Of a stretch of 64,000 nucleotides of DNA, positions 1 to 10,460 are shown in pieces (positions within the stretch are counted from its first letter, which is position 1; each line of letters starts with the position of its first letter). This DNA is from Candidatus Daviesbacteria bacterium. GTDB taxonomy: Bacteria > Patescibacteriota > Microgenomatia > Daviesbacterales > UBA10151. The notes beneath the pieces are model-generated. The model saw nothing but the letters and a program-made list of their open reading frames with translations, was not told the origin of the DNA and searched no databases. Location: contig JACOXG010000004.1 of NCBI GenBank assembly GCA_016176405.1, positions 9,082 to 73,081 of the forward strand, written 5' to 3'. The translations under genes were made by a program, and so were the position numbers.

Positions 1-225
1 GAAATAGATATTGTGGAAGTCAAGGCCAGACTCTCTCATGAATATGGTAAACCTGCTGAATCAATGACCCCATGGAAAATTAAATATTTGATAAAAACAG
101 CTAAATTTTATGTGAATAGAATCAATTGGGGCAGCAGGCCATATAGGTTGGATTTTATTGGCATAGATTATGCTGATGATAGAGATAACCCCACCATTGA
201 GCTAATTAAAAATATTACTTCTTAG
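1..225 (+). CDS. YraN-family (UPF0102) endonuclease-like protein, C-terminal fragment; ORF enters from upstream of window
   Basis: Reading frame open from base 1 (EIDIVEVKAR...); motifs VEVKAR and RLDFIG resemble YraN/UPF0102 family. Confidence 0.45.
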   Translation, partial: EIDIVEVKARLSHEYGKPAESMTPWKIKYLIKTAKFYVNRINWGSRPYRLDFIGIDYADDRDNPTIELIKNITS

Positions 226-1129
226 ATTGATTGCCTTCCACAGCAAATGGAATCTCTTCCCAATCGTGGACTTTCCTAATCTTTTTGTTGTACCGCCACA
301 TAGTTTCTAAAAGTGATACATCTACCCCTGCTTTTTTAAACTCCCCCATTAAAGCCACCAAATCTTTGGGGAAACATTTACCTCCAAAACCTCTCTGAGT
401 TGTCACATCTAAGTGAGCATCAACAATTCTTTTGTCAGCAGCGGCCATCCGTTTGACCTCCTCATATTTAATGCCAATTTTTTGACAATAATCATAAAAA
501 AAGTTGGCAAATGTGACTTTTAAGGAAAGGAAAGCATTGGCAAAATATTTGACTGCCTCAGCTGTGGTGGGATCTGTCTGATAGATGACACTTTTGGGGA
601 AACGTTGCTTATAAATGACTGCCACTCTCCTGGAAACTAAATCATTATTAGCCCCAATCACAGTTCTATCTGCATTTAAAAAATCCTCCAAAAAGGAAGC
701 TTCTTTTAAAAATTCTGGATTAAAACAAAAATGACTCTTAGGATATTTTTCTTCAAGTTCATCAGTTGTGCCGGGAATAATAGTTGATTTGATGACAATA
801 ATTTTATCCGTATTATCCGTCAAAGGGGCGATTTGAGTGAAGCTTTCTTTAAATATAGATAGATCAATACCTGACTCATCAGCTTTCATGGGAGTTGGCA
901 AGCAGACAAAAATAAATTCAGAGGCTTTAATGACCTCCTCTAAAGAGGAACTTTCCTTAAACTTGTCATAATATAAAATCTTATCTTTACCTTTGGAAGC
1001 AATATTAAATCCATTGGCCACAGCTTGACCAACAAAGCCATATCCAATAATGCCAATACTAATGGGAACTATTAAGTCATTTGTGGAATTCACATAAATG
1101 AGTATAGATAATATTGGAACATGTATCAA
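215..1129 (-). CDS. UDP-glucose/GDP-mannose dehydrogenase family protein (NAD-dependent)
   Basis: N-terminal Rossmann GxGxxG (IGYGFVG); catalytic-region motif GFGGKCFPKD typical of UDP-glucose 6-dehydrogenase family. Confidence 0.8.
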   Translation of the reverse strand: MIHVPILSILIYVNSTNDLIVPISIGIIGYGFVGQAVANGFNIASKGKDKILYYDKFKESSSLEEVIKASEFIFVCLPTPMKADESGIDLSIFKESFTQIAPLTDNTDKIIVIKSTIIPGTTDELEEKYPKSHFCFNPEFLKEASFLEDFLNADRTVIGANNDLVSRRVAVIYKQRFPKSVIYQTDPTTAEAVKYFANAFLSLKVTFANFFYDYCQKIGIKYEEVKRMAAADKRIVDAHLDVTTQRGFGGKCFPKDLVALMGEFKKAGVDVSLLETMWRYNKKIRKVHDWEEIPFAVEGNQSKK

Positions 1130-1555
1130 GTATTATGTATGATGGATAAAATGAGAATCATCCGAAAAGTGGCTATGGCAGTTTTTAAAAATAAAAAATT
1201 ACTTCAAGTTAGGACTCGTAAGCAAGATAAGGTCTTTTATACTTTGGGTGGGAAAATTGAAGAAGGGGAGTCGGAAATAGAGTGTTTAAAAAGGGAAGCG
1301 ATGGAGGAGGTGGCTTGCAACTTAGATGAGTCATCTTTGAAGTTTTTACATGAATTTGAGGATGTGGCTCATGGAAAAGATGAAACCTTAGTAAATATTA
1401 AAATGTATGTAGGGGAATTAATTGGTGAACCAAAACCTACATCAGAGGTAGTTGAGATCGGCTATTTTGATTCTAAATCAGATAAGCGGAATTTATCAGA
1501 AATCGCCCAACGAAAAATCTTTCCTTGGTTAAAAAAGAATGGTTACATAAATTAG
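1121..1555 (+). CDS. NUDIX hydrolase
   Basis: Nudix box GGKIEEGESEIECLKREAMEEV (Gx5Ex7REUxEExGU); true start may be a downstream in-frame Met (1139/1151), since 1121 overlaps the divergent gene. Confidence 0.75.
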   Translation: MYQVLCMMDKMRIIRKVAMAVFKNKKLLQVRTRKQDKVFYTLGGKIEEGESEIECLKREAMEEVACNLDESSLKFLHEFEDVAHGKDETLVNIKMYVGELIGEPKPTSEVVEIGYFDSKSDKRNLSEIAQRKIFPWLKKNGYIN

Positions 1556-1862
1556 ACATATTTAACGATATTCATACTTTTTCCATACAATATTTTAGTC
1601 ATTGTTAAACACCTACCCAGCTTCTAAAGCTCAACTGGTGGCAGCCTGCAATAATATGTCAGATTTTTCTGAAGAAGATAAAAAAGAGTTTGAAGCCAAA
1701 CTTCCAGAGGCCACCTATAATTCAGCAGATGAGGTAGTACAAGCTTTAGGTTTACAACAAGGGCCTAGTGCTCCACAGGCTTAGTGTTTTAAACTTCACA
1801 TTGATACATAAGCAACTCTAATTGGCAAAACGAACCTGCTTAAGGTATAATTTTTAAAGTTT

Positions 1863-1936
1863 GCCGCGTTCGTCTAGTGGTCTAGGACATCGGGCTTTCA
1901 TCCCGGAAATCACGGGTTCGACTCCCGTACGCGGTA
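1863..1936 (+). tRNA. tRNA-Glu (anticodon TTC)
   Basis: Cloverleaf by hand: acceptor gccgcgt/acgcggt, anticodon loop cTTTCAt, T-loop gGTTCGActc; CCA not fully encoded. Confidence 0.8.
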
Positions 1937-1955
1937 CCGAAAAAATGACTCTTTT

Positions 1956-2027
1956 GGTCCGGTAGCTCAACGGTAGAGCAGTGCCCTTTTAAGGCATTGG
2001 TTCAGGGTTCGAATCCCTGCCGGATCA
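1956..2027 (+). tRNA. tRNA-Lys (anticodon TTT)
   Basis: Acceptor ggtccgg/ccggatc, D-arm gctc..gagc, anticodon loop cTTTTaa, T-loop GGTTCGAATCC. Confidence 0.85.
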
Positions 2028-2122
2028 CTAGTTAACAATAGTTAAAAATAGATGAAAGAAGTTAACAGAAAGTAACTAATAGTGCTTGCTTTTCGATTGG
2101 ATTATTGAAATACTGAACTCCT

Positions 2123-3475
2123 ATGGATATAGAAAATACAAATCAACCGCTAGCACCCCTTGAGGGTTCTACTCAAAATCAGTCCTTACCTTCCGAAGAT
2201 CAACCTAGACAATCCAAGAAGCTCATAATTATTCTGGGCATCATTATTGTTCTTCTCGCCTTCGGAGTAGGTGGATATATATTGGGGTTAAGCAATAGTA
2301 GAATTATTGATAAAAATCAGAACAATACTGTTGCAGTTTCTCCTACAAACATCCAAACAGAAAATGCAGTTAACTCATTAAACAGACTTTCTTATATTTT
2401 TAATGGGGACCTATGGACTATAGATGCTGATGGTTCTAATGAGAAACAATTAACACACTATGGATATAATAAAAACTTAATGTGGTCTCCCAGCACTCTT
2501 AAAATAGCTTATAAATCATCCCCTCAAAGTGTTGTTAGTAAGGGCAAAACATACGCAGATTGTACTAATTATCACAATATTTGGATTATTAACAGTGATG
2601 GAACAGAGCCAATTCAAGTAACGAATAGTGAGGCATCACGAAGTGAACCAAGTTGGTCTCCTGACAGTAACAAAATCGTCTTTTCCGAAAACGAGAAAAT
2701 TATTGTCTATAATTTAGTAAGTAAAAGTAAGAAAATATTAGCCACTAATGCTTATTATGATAAAGACCCAAACCGATGTGGGGAAGGTGGCGGGGGTGGT
2801 ACCTCTAGTGTAAGCTGGCATCCTAAAGAAAATACAATACTTTACAACCCAGGATTTGGTATAGATTCAAAAGCACAACTCATTGATGCACAAGATGGAA
2901 AGGTGCTTAAAACATTAGACAGTTTTGGAGCTTGGTCTCCAGATGGAACTAAAATAGCTTACGTTGAATATGGTAAAGGTGAGCCAATAACTCAAAGTAT
3001 TGTTGTGTTAACAGTCGCTGATGGGAAAAAAGAGGCATTTAAACCATTTATGGATAGTGCCAACAGTCTCTATTGGTCACCCGATGGTAAAGAAATCCTC
3101 TATCATAGTTTTGAAGATTCAGTGTTTGGTTCCCCTCCATTAAAGATGAATACAGTGCATATTTTAACCTTAGCTACCAAAGCAGATAGAAATGTTTCAG
3201 ATAAGGCGTTAAGAAGATTCATTGAGCAGAGGAAGGACTCCGGTATGCAAGTTGGAGGAAGTTCAACACACGGTTGGTCGTCTGATGGGAAGTTTATTAT
3301 TGTTGATGTTAATACAGAAGAACATAGACCTCAATATGCGGGTATAAATCAAATCAATATCGTTGATGCTCAAACAGGAGAAGTCATTAGAACCTTAAAG
3401 GAAGCCAGAAGAACGTATGGAGACGTGAATGAGGGTAAGGGATATTATAATAGTATTAGTTGGTCTCCAAAATGA
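2123..3475 (+). CDS. TolB-like beta-propeller (PD40/WD40-like repeat) protein with N-terminal membrane anchor
   Basis: Repeated WSPDG(T/S)KIAY / WSPDSNKIVF / WSPDGKEILY PD40 motifs; N-terminal TM helix; poly-Gly run. Confidence 0.65.
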   Translation: MDIENTNQPLAPLEGSTQNQSLPSEDQPRQSKKLIIILGIIIVLLAFGVGGYILGLSNSRIIDKNQNNTVAVSPTNIQTENAVNSLNRLSYIFNGDLWTIDADGSNEKQLTHYGYNKNLMWSPSTLKIAYKSSPQSVVSKGKTYADCTNYHNIWIINSDGTEPIQVTNSEASRSEPSWSPDSNKIVFSENEKIIVYNLVSKSKKILATNAYYDKDPNRCGEGGGGGTSSVSWHPKENTILYNPGFGIDSKAQLIDAQDGKVLKTLDSFGAWSPDGTKIAYVEYGKGEPITQSIVVLTVADGKKEAFKPFMDSANSLYWSPDGKEILYHSFEDSVFGSPPLKMNTVHILTLATKADRNVSDKALRRFIEQRKDSGMQVGGSSTHGWSSDGKFIIVDVNTEEHRPQYAGINQINIVDAQTGEVIRTLKEARRTYGDVNEGKGYYNSISWSPK

Positions 3476-3903
3476 TTCTCTGTTTTAATGCGTCTGGGCC
3501 ATAGGGTCGAATTTCTACTATACATACTTAAGCATCTCTTAGCCCAAATAAATATGCATATTCAGAGTTTAGGCCGTCAGATAGGAATAAATTAAAGAAA
3601 TTATCCAGTCTGTTTAAGATACTAAGCGGATCACAAATATTAGATTGATATATCAATCTAAGGAAGATCTAGATTTTTAGTTTGATTTTGTTCAATTTTT
3701 AATTTTTCATTAGCGGCATTAACAGCATCTTTGGCTCTGTTTTCTATATTTTTAGGATTTGAAGTTGAGGAAGAGTTAAAGGGTGAAAGAGTAGAGTTGG
3801 AAAAAACCAAAAGAAGGATAATTATTAGAGTTGTCACAAGTATAGCAAGTAAACCCATTGACTTTATATTACTATATTTAAATTTCGTATAATATAAGGA
3901 GAG

Positions 3904-4854
3904 ATGTTTAATTGGGTGGATCTAGTTATTATTGGAGCCTTAATGTTTTTTGCCATCGAGGCTATTGGTAGACCAATACTACTGGAACTAATGGATTTTG
4001 GCTCATTTTTAATAGCCTTCTTTTTATCTTTCCGATATTATAATTTACCTGCCAAATTTTTTGAAAATAACTTTCAAATTCCTCATGGTTTATCTTTAGT
4101 GATTGGTTTTATGGTGATGTGGTTTTTGGCAGAAACCATATTTTATCTTTTAGTGAGAATACTTATTCCAAAAGTACCAAAAGTTAAAAGTTCAATTAAT
4201 AGTCTATCTATTATTCCAGCAATACTTCGTGGATTGATATTTATTTCCTTAGCACTGGTTCTTCTGGCCACTTTTCCCATTCAGCCTGCCATCAAAAAAG
4301 CTGTTCAAGATTCCCAAATAGGCAGTCGGATTTTGAAAAATGCTTACAGGTTAGAACAACCTGTCAAACAGGTTTTTGGGGGAGTGGCCAATGATTCTTT
4401 AAGTTTTTTAACCATTAGACCAAGGACTAATGAGAGAATTAATCTAGGTTTTCAAAATGTTCAATCCGAAGTTGATGAGACCACAGAGCGAGCCATGATT
4501 GATTTGGTCAACCAAGAAAGAACCTCCAGGGGACTTAGAGCTTTAACATTTGATGCCAACTTAAGAGAGGTGGCCAGAGCTCACAGTGAAGATATGTTTA
4601 AAAGAGGTTATTTTTCTCATTATTCTCCGGAAGGTGAGACAGTGGCAGATAGGGCTTCAAAAGTAGGGATAGATTTTTTGGTGATTGGGGAAAATTTGGC
4701 CTATGCTCCTAATTTGGAACTGGCTCATCGAGGTTTGATGAACTCGGAAGGTCACAGAGCCAATATTTTATCTGCTGATTATGGCAAAATCGGGATAGGG
4801 GTGATGGATGGAGGAGTGTACGGTAAGATGTACACACAGGTGTTTAGTAACTAG
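3904..4854 (+). CDS. CvpA-family membrane domain fused to CAP/SCP (PR-1-like) domain protein
   Basis: N-terminal CvpA-like 4-TM region (MFNWVDLVIIGALMFF...); C-terminal CAP-domain-like motifs (HRANILSADYGKIGIGV). Confidence 0.6.
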   Translation: MFNWVDLVIIGALMFFAIEAIGRPILLELMDFGSFLIAFFLSFRYYNLPAKFFENNFQIPHGLSLVIGFMVMWFLAETIFYLLVRILIPKVPKVKSSINSLSIIPAILRGLIFISLALVLLATFPIQPAIKKAVQDSQIGSRILKNAYRLEQPVKQVFGGVANDSLSFLTIRPRTNERINLGFQNVQSEVDETTERAMIDLVNQERTSRGLRALTFDANLREVARAHSEDMFKRGYFSHYSPEGETVADRASKVGIDFLVIGENLAYAPNLELAHRGLMNSEGHRANILSADYGKIGIGVMDGGVYGKMYTQVFSN

Positions 4855-5459
4855 TGATGAGTGATGGATTCAAAAAACGAATGAGTCAGAATTCAAGATT
4901 GCTAATACTATTTAGTGTTTTAATAATTCTAGTGGGATCTGGCCTTTTGTGGTCTGGGTTAAAGCTACCTGCCATCCCAATTCAACAAGCTTCTCCAACT
5001 CCCCTGGTGGAGACTGTACCAATTGCCACTAAATCAGCAAGCATTGATGTGGAGGGCGAGAGAGCATTTGTGAAGAGGGTGATTGATGGGGACACCATTG
5101 AACTAGATAACGGTTCAACAGTTAGACTGCTTGGTATAGATACACCTGAAACTGTTGATCCCAGAAAACCGGTTCAGTGTTTTGGCAAAGAAGCCTCCAA
5201 TAAACTCAAAAGCTTGGTCTTAAATCAGGTGGTCATTTTGCAAAAAGATGTTTCCGAAACTGATAAATATCAAAGATTATTAAGATATGTTTTGCTGCCT
5301 TTGGATAACGATCGGCTCCTCTTTATCAATGATTATTTAATCAGAGAGGGCTTTGCCAAAGTTTTAACTATTCCTCCTGATGTCAAATATACGGAACAAT
5401 TTCTAGAGGCTCAAAGGGAAGCCAGGGAAAATAAAAAGGGTCTTTGGGGAAGATGCTGA
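4854..5459 (+). CDS. Thermonuclease (staphylococcal nuclease, SNase) family secreted nuclease
   Basis: SNase motifs VIDGDTIEL, RLLGIDTPET, KYQRLLRYV; N-terminal TM/signal. Confidence 0.8.
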   Translation: MMSDGFKKRMSQNSRLLILFSVLIILVGSGLLWSGLKLPAIPIQQASPTPLVETVPIATKSASIDVEGERAFVKRVIDGDTIELDNGSTVRLLGIDTPETVDPRKPVQCFGKEASNKLKSLVLNQVVILQKDVSETDKYQRLLRYVLLPLDNDRLLFINDYLIREGFAKVLTIPPDVKYTEQFLEAQREARENKKGLWGRC

Positions 5460-5500
5460 CCCCTTGTAGTACTCCTTCTGCCTGTGATACGTTAATTTAG

Positions 5501-5995
5501 ATGAAGAAATTTGTAATCCAGTTTGTCTTACTGCTAATTGTGATTGGTGTAGCCTTATATTTTGCCAATCCAAATTCTCAAAGAGAGACACCATCCGTGC
5601 CATTTTTACCCCAACCCCCCCAGTATTCGGAGCTGACCATCAACGGTCATAAAATTAAGGTAGAAATTGCTGATACTAAGGAAAAAAGAGGTAAGGGTTT
5701 GGGAGGAAGGGAGATGTTGGCTTCTGATGAAGGCATGCTTTTTATCTTTGACAAGGAAGAAATACATTCTTTTTGGATGAAGGGTTTAACTTTTCCATTA
5801 GATTTTGTCTGGATTAAAGGTGATCAAGTGGCGGATATTTTAAAAAATATTCCGCCGCCGCAACCGGAACAAAAAGATGACACTCTACCTATTTATCGTC
5901 CATCTGTGCCAGTTGATAAGGTTTTGGAGGTGAATGCAGGAACTGCGGATAGACTTAATATTAAAGTTGGTGATACGATTCAATTAGTCCAATAA
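5501..5995 (+). CDS. DUF192 (COG1430) family protein
   Basis: Signal/TM then GLGGREMLASDEGMLFIFD...FWMKGLTFPLDFVWI, characteristic of DUF192. Confidence 0.55.
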   Translation: MKKFVIQFVLLLIVIGVALYFANPNSQRETPSVPFLPQPPQYSELTINGHKIKVEIADTKEKRGKGLGGREMLASDEGMLFIFDKEEIHSFWMKGLTFPLDFVWIKGDQVADILKNIPPPQPEQKDDTLPIYRPSVPVDKVLEVNAGTADRLNIKVGDTIQLVQ

Positions 5996-6001
5996 TCTAA
6001 T

Positions 6002-7515
6002 ATGGTTGAAGTTCTGCCCATTAGAATTTTAAGAGAAGAAGATGGACCTATTTTTGGAAAAGAGGGTGTGGCTCTGGGGAAACTTGACAGAGCCGGTATA
6101 CCGGTAGCATCAGGATTGGTGATAACTGCTCCCCATCTTAAGCTGAGAGTTATTTTAGAGCATCATGATTTTGGATCCAAAGAAGTTTTTGAGCAGTCCC
6201 TAACCTTAGTTAAAAAAGAAATAGAAAAAATTCCCATTCCTGAAGTTTTAGAGCGGGAAGTTGGTCAACACACTCACTTTTGGCTGGCAGATTCTCAAAT
6301 TAAATCAGTTAAAAAACTTTGGTTAAGTTTACTGTTTATTTGGATAGAAGAAATTAAAAATAGACTCTGGCAGGACGGATTTTACCAGGGGATCACGGAT
6401 GGATTGGAATCACAAACGGTGATTTTTGTTAAAAAAATAGAGGGATGGATTGGAATCACAAACGGTGATTTTTGTTAAAAAAATAGAGGCCTGGGGAAAT
6501 GCCTATTTTGATCCCATTCAAGATGAGGTGGTAGTTCATATAAAGCAGGATAAACTTCATCCAAATGATTTGGAAAAGTTGCAAGAAATGGTCAGGCTGG
6601 CCAATAAGAAACTATTTATTCCGCACCAATATGATTGGATTTTAGATAAAGGATTAAAGATCGTTGGAATAAAACCGTTCACACCACCCTTTACTTCACA
6701 TCTATCTGATTTGGTAATTCCTGGCATGTCTACTTATCCCATACAAATAACCCCACTTCATGGGAACGGCATGGGTAAAGAGGCAAAAAGAAGTGTGGTT
6801 AAGGTTTTTTTGGATTTATCAGATGGACTAATCATTGAAAGGGAGGCTGATGGAGTCTATATTGCCGCGGAGAAAATTTTTGATTTAAACAAACCCCGAG
6901 ATTCTTTCGAAGATTTGGTTTTCAGAGTAGTTGAGGCGGCTGTAACTTTTCCCAATAGTCAGATACTTTTTAAATTGGCAGATATGTCAGAAGGAATGGG
7001 AAAGGTAAGAGGTACCTTAAGACTGTTGCATCAAAAAAGTTTATTGGAGCCGCTGATTTGTCAGAGGAGTAGGGGAACTCGTAAAAATCAAACAAGAGTT
7101 ATCTATTAAGAAATTAAAACGCCAAGCCTCTTTACAGTTTTGGTTGGAAATAGCTGTGCCGGAAAATATTATTAATTTGGAGGATTATTTAATGGTGGGA
7201 ATAGATGGAGTAGTTTTAAATTTGGATGAGTTGATTGCTCATTTTAACGGTTTTGACCAAACGCAAGAAGACTTGGTATTTTACAAAAATGAGGTTTCCG
7301 GATTGCTTAAATTTTTAGAAGATAGCATAAAACTGCTTAATAAATCCAAAATTCCTTTTATAGCCTATGGATCTTTAAGCCAATACCAAAAAGTTTTGGA
7401 ATTTTTGGTGGAAAAAGGAGTATATGGAGTGGTGGTGGAAAGATATGAAGTCCCTTCAGCCAAAGATTTGTTGTACCAGACAGAAAAAAGGATGATTTTA
7501 AGAAAATCCTCCTAA
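6002..7515 (+). pseudogene. PEP-utilizing enzyme-like gene (PEP synthase/PPDK-type N-terminal PEP/pyruvate-binding domain + C-terminal TIM-barrel-like domain) broken into three ORFs (6002-6478, 6450-7109, 7144-7515)
   Basis: N-terminal GKEGVALGKL...GIPVASGLVIT resembles the ATP-grasp nucleotide-binding region of PEP synthase; first break coincides with a 46-bp tandem duplication (not a multiple of 3); second frame change near 7050-7060. Confidence 0.45.
6398..6489. repeat. Perfect 46-bp tandem duplication (gatggattggaatcacaaacggtgatttttgttaaaaaaatagagg x2) inside the PEP-utilizing-like gene
   Basis: Two identical adjacent copies read directly; creates the frame break between ORFs 6002-6478 and 6450-7109. 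Confidence 0.9.
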
Positions 7516-8162
7516 GATTTTTTTCTTCTAATTTTGTTAATAATAGTGGCTCTGATTTCTGCATCAACCAATGCATGATGAATGGCTGGTAAAATAGAGG
7601 CTATCACAATTAGTCCTACAATGGGCAGTAAATATTTATCAATATCCGGAATAGCACTACCCAGATAATAACCCAGTAGTGGAATGATAATAGCCCAAAG
7701 AACTGCTCCCACCAAATTAAAGATAACAAACTTTTTATATCTCATCAAACCTATTCCTGCCACCACCGGGGCAAAAGCTCTGATCACTGGGACAAATCTG
7801 GCTAAAATGATGGTTTTCCCCCCATGTTTATCATAAAATTTTTGGGCTCTCATCAGGTGATCTTTGTGGAACAAAATTGAATCCTCTTTAGAAAATAATT
7901 TTCTGCCAAACTTTTGGCCAATTAAGTAGCCAATACTATCCCCTGCCACGGCGGAGATAAAACAGCCAATAATTAAAATTTTGATATCTAAAAAATTTTG
8001 GGAAGCTAAGAAGCCGGCTGTAAAAAGAAGAGAATCTCCTGGAAAGAAAAAGCCCAACATCATCCCTGATTCCAAAAAAACAATGATAAAAACCCCAAAA
8101 TATCCCACAGTTTGAATAAGAGTAGCTAAATCCAAATGAGGCATATCAAATGAGTATATCAA
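7512..8162 (-). CDS. DedA/SNARE-associated family membrane protein
   Basis: DedA-type motifs (FFPGDSLLFTAGFL; RFVPVIRAFAPVVAGIGLMRYKKF) and multiple TM helices. Confidence 0.8.
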   Translation of the reverse strand: MIYSFDMPHLDLATLIQTVGYFGVFIIVFLESGMMLGFFFPGDSLLFTAGFLASQNFLDIKILIIGCFISAVAGDSIGYLIGQKFGRKLFSKEDSILFHKDHLMRAQKFYDKHGGKTIILARFVPVIRAFAPVVAGIGLMRYKKFVIFNLVGAVLWAIIIPLLGYYLGSAIPDIDKYLLPIVGLIVIASILPAIHHALVDAEIRATIINKIRRKKS

Positions 8163-8173
8163 AAACTAAGAAG

Positions 8174-8800
8174 CTATTGAAATCGCCTTATTACCCCTGT
8201 ACATTTGCCTTGAATTTTTAAAGATTCCGGATCATCTACATAGATTGGGTTCATGGTAGCATTGGCTGGTTCTAACCTAATCCTATTTGGCTCACGGAAA
8301 AATCTTTTTAAGGTGGCCAGACCATTGTCCAAAAGGGCCACCACAATATCTCCGTCATTGGCAATATTTTGCTCCTCAATGATGACAAAGTCTCCATCTA
8401 AAATTCCATCCTCAATCATGGAATCTCCTTTAACTTGTAAAACATATGATCTTTTTTTACCAGAAACCATGGAGGGTGAAACCTTGACTGTGGCATCAGG
8501 ATCTGTGTAGGTCATAATAGGCTGGCCCGCTGCTATAAATCCAAGAATGGGGAGTTCTACGCCTTGTAGAGCTGAGGAGATTTTTTGATCCAATACCTCA
8601 ATACCTCTGACAGCTCCTTCAAATCTTTTGATCACCCCTTTGGCAGATAATGCCTGTAAATGTTCATGAACTGTAGCTAAAGAAGATACTCCAATTGCCT
8701 CAGCGATCTCGCCCAAAGTAGGGGAATAACCATATTTATCAATATATTGTTTAATAAAATCTAAAATCTGTTTTTGCCGGCGGTATAAGGTGATAGGCAT
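8174..8800 (-). CDS. lexA: LexA repressor (SOS regulator; S24 peptidase)
   Basis: N-terminal winged-helix (LTxRQKQILDFI..GYSPTLGEIA), Ala-Gly cleavage-site region, S24 motifs VKGDSM and KR. Confidence 0.9.
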   Translation of the reverse strand: MPITLYRRQKQILDFIKQYIDKYGYSPTLGEIAEAIGVSSLATVHEHLQALSAKGVIKRFEGAVRGIEVLDQKISSALQGVELPILGFIAAGQPIMTYTDPDATVKVSPSMVSGKKRSYVLQVKGDSMIEDGILDGDFVIIEEQNIANDGDIVVALLDNGLATLKRFFREPNRIRLEPANATMNPIYVDDPESLKIQGKCTGVIRRFQ

Positions 8801-8882
8801 ACTATAACAATATCAAATATAACCCGAAACTGTCAACTGAGACAAACTATATCATTTTATTTTCTGTTATACTAAATATACA

Positions 8883-10433
8883 GTGAAACTGTCCATTAAA
8901 TTTGCTGTAATTATTTTTTTCTCTCTGCTGATTACCACCACCTGGTCCAATTTTTTAATCTTTCCTATCATTAATTCATTTATTAGTTCCAGACCAGTTG
9001 ATGACCCGCTGCTTTTGGGATTACTTGATTTAGCCTTGCTGCTCATTTTGGTAGTCGTACCAATGTCTTTGATGACCTATTTTTTACTTTCAAGGATAGT
9101 TATCAAACCGATTTCTTCATTTACTAAAATTGCCAAAATTATTGCCAGCGGCAATTTAGGAACTAGGTTAAAAATTTCTTCCAGAGATGAGATTGGAGAG
9201 TTAGGTATGCATATAAACACCATTATTGAACATCTGGTCAAAGCTTTCCAAAATATGGCTTATTCCTTAAAAGATGAGCGGTTAAAGGAAAGACAGCTGG
9301 CTGAGAGTTTGGAGCAGCTTAGGAAAGAGAAAGCTAAAGATGATGCCCTTCTTTCTAGTATAGGTGATGGGGTGATTGCCATAGATAAAAACCATCGGAT
9401 TATCCTTTTTAACAATGCAGCTAGTCAACTGACAGGATTTGGATTAAGTGAGGTTTTTAGCCTTCCATATCCAAATATTTTAAGAATTGTCAATGAAAAA
9501 GACCAAACTCCAGCAGAAGATTTTATAGGGTTGGTTTTATCAGGAGGAAATAATAAAAAACAAGAACATCTGGCCATTTTAACCAAAGATGGACGGGAGA
9601 TCCCCATCTCATATTCTTTGGGAGTTATTTATGACAGCGACAGGAGGGTGAATGGGGTGGTGGTGGTTTTAAGAGATATTACTCACGAAAGACAACTGGA
9701 TAAAATGAAAGATGAATTTGTCTCCATTGCCTCTCACGAACTGAGAACCCCTATGTCTGCCATCAAAAATTTAATGTCCATGATTTTTGAGGGAGATTTT
9801 GGGGAGGTTAATGAGCAGCTGAAGGACCCTTTAAAAGATGTAGCCATATCAACAGAGCGGCTAATTCAGTTGGTTAATGATATGTTGGATGTGTCCAGGC
9901 TGGAAACAGGTAGACTTAAAATTGTTTTAGAAGATGCTCCTTTGGCGGGACTTGTAGATGAGATAGTTAAGCTGATGCAATCTTTGGCTCAAGAAACAGG
10001 CAATCATATTTCGGTGGGATCAATTGATCAGAGTATGGTGAGAACCGATGTTAGTAAATTTAAAGAAATTTTGTCTAATTTAATAGGTAATGCCCTTAAA
10101 TTTACAGATAAAGGGCAAATATCAATTTCTACCAAAAGACAAGGTAGCTATATTTTTGTGTCTGTCTCAGATACAGGGATTGGGATTGCCGAAGAAGATA
10201 AGGCAAAACTGTTTGGTAAGTTTTCCCAAATTGGCACAGGGGCTTTAGTCAGGCCACCTGGTACAGGTTTAGGGCTCTATATTTCTCGTGAATTTGCCAG
10301 AAAAATGGGTGGAGATCTTTGGCTGGAGAGTTCTGGGGAAGGAAAGGGGAGTACTTTTACTTTTTCTGTGCCAGTGGCAGATCAGGCTTCTCAACAATCT
10401 GTAATTGAAGATACCAGTTTTATTCAAGCATAA
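8883..10433 (+). CDS. Sensor histidine kinase (TM, HAMP, PAS, HisKA, HATPase_c); GTG start
   Basis: H-box FVSIASHELRTPMSAI; N/G1/G2 boxes (LIGNALKFT; DTGIGI; GTGLGL); two N-terminal TM segments. Confidence 0.85.
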   Translation: MKLSIKFAVIIFFSLLITTTWSNFLIFPIINSFISSRPVDDPLLLGLLDLALLLILVVVPMSLMTYFLLSRIVIKPISSFTKIAKIIASGNLGTRLKISSRDEIGELGMHINTIIEHLVKAFQNMAYSLKDERLKERQLAESLEQLRKEKAKDDALLSSIGDGVIAIDKNHRIILFNNAASQLTGFGLSEVFSLPYPNILRIVNEKDQTPAEDFIGLVLSGGNNKKQEHLAILTKDGREIPISYSLGVIYDSDRRVNGVVVVLRDITHERQLDKMKDEFVSIASHELRTPMSAIKNLMSMIFEGDFGEVNEQLKDPLKDVAISTERLIQLVNDMLDVSRLETGRLKIVLEDAPLAGLVDEIVKLMQSLAQETGNHISVGSIDQSMVRTDVSKFKEILSNLIGNALKFTDKGQISISTKRQGSYIFVSVSDTGIGIAEEDKAKLFGKFSQIGTGALVRPPGTGLGLYISREFARKMGGDLWLESSGEGKGSTFTFSVPVADQASQQSVIEDTSFIQA

Positions 10434-10460
10434 AATATAATATGATATAAGGGAAATATT

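Noticed and set aside
8253-8510. 85-aa plus-strand ORF inside lexA, and similar antisense ORFs (9425-9607, 10982-11206, 11942-12193, 19654-20007, 22574-22768, 26875-27129 and others)
   Set aside because: They lie entirely within well-supported genes on the opposite strand and have no motifs. These are typical shadow ORFs.
8801-8882. Candidate LexA operator upstream of lexA (ctgttatactaaatatacag)
   Set aside because: Spacing (CTG-N14-CAG) does not fit the E. coli-type CTGT-N8-ACAG box, and no GAAC-N4-GTTC box is present. Without knowing this lineage's LexA motif the call is unsupported.
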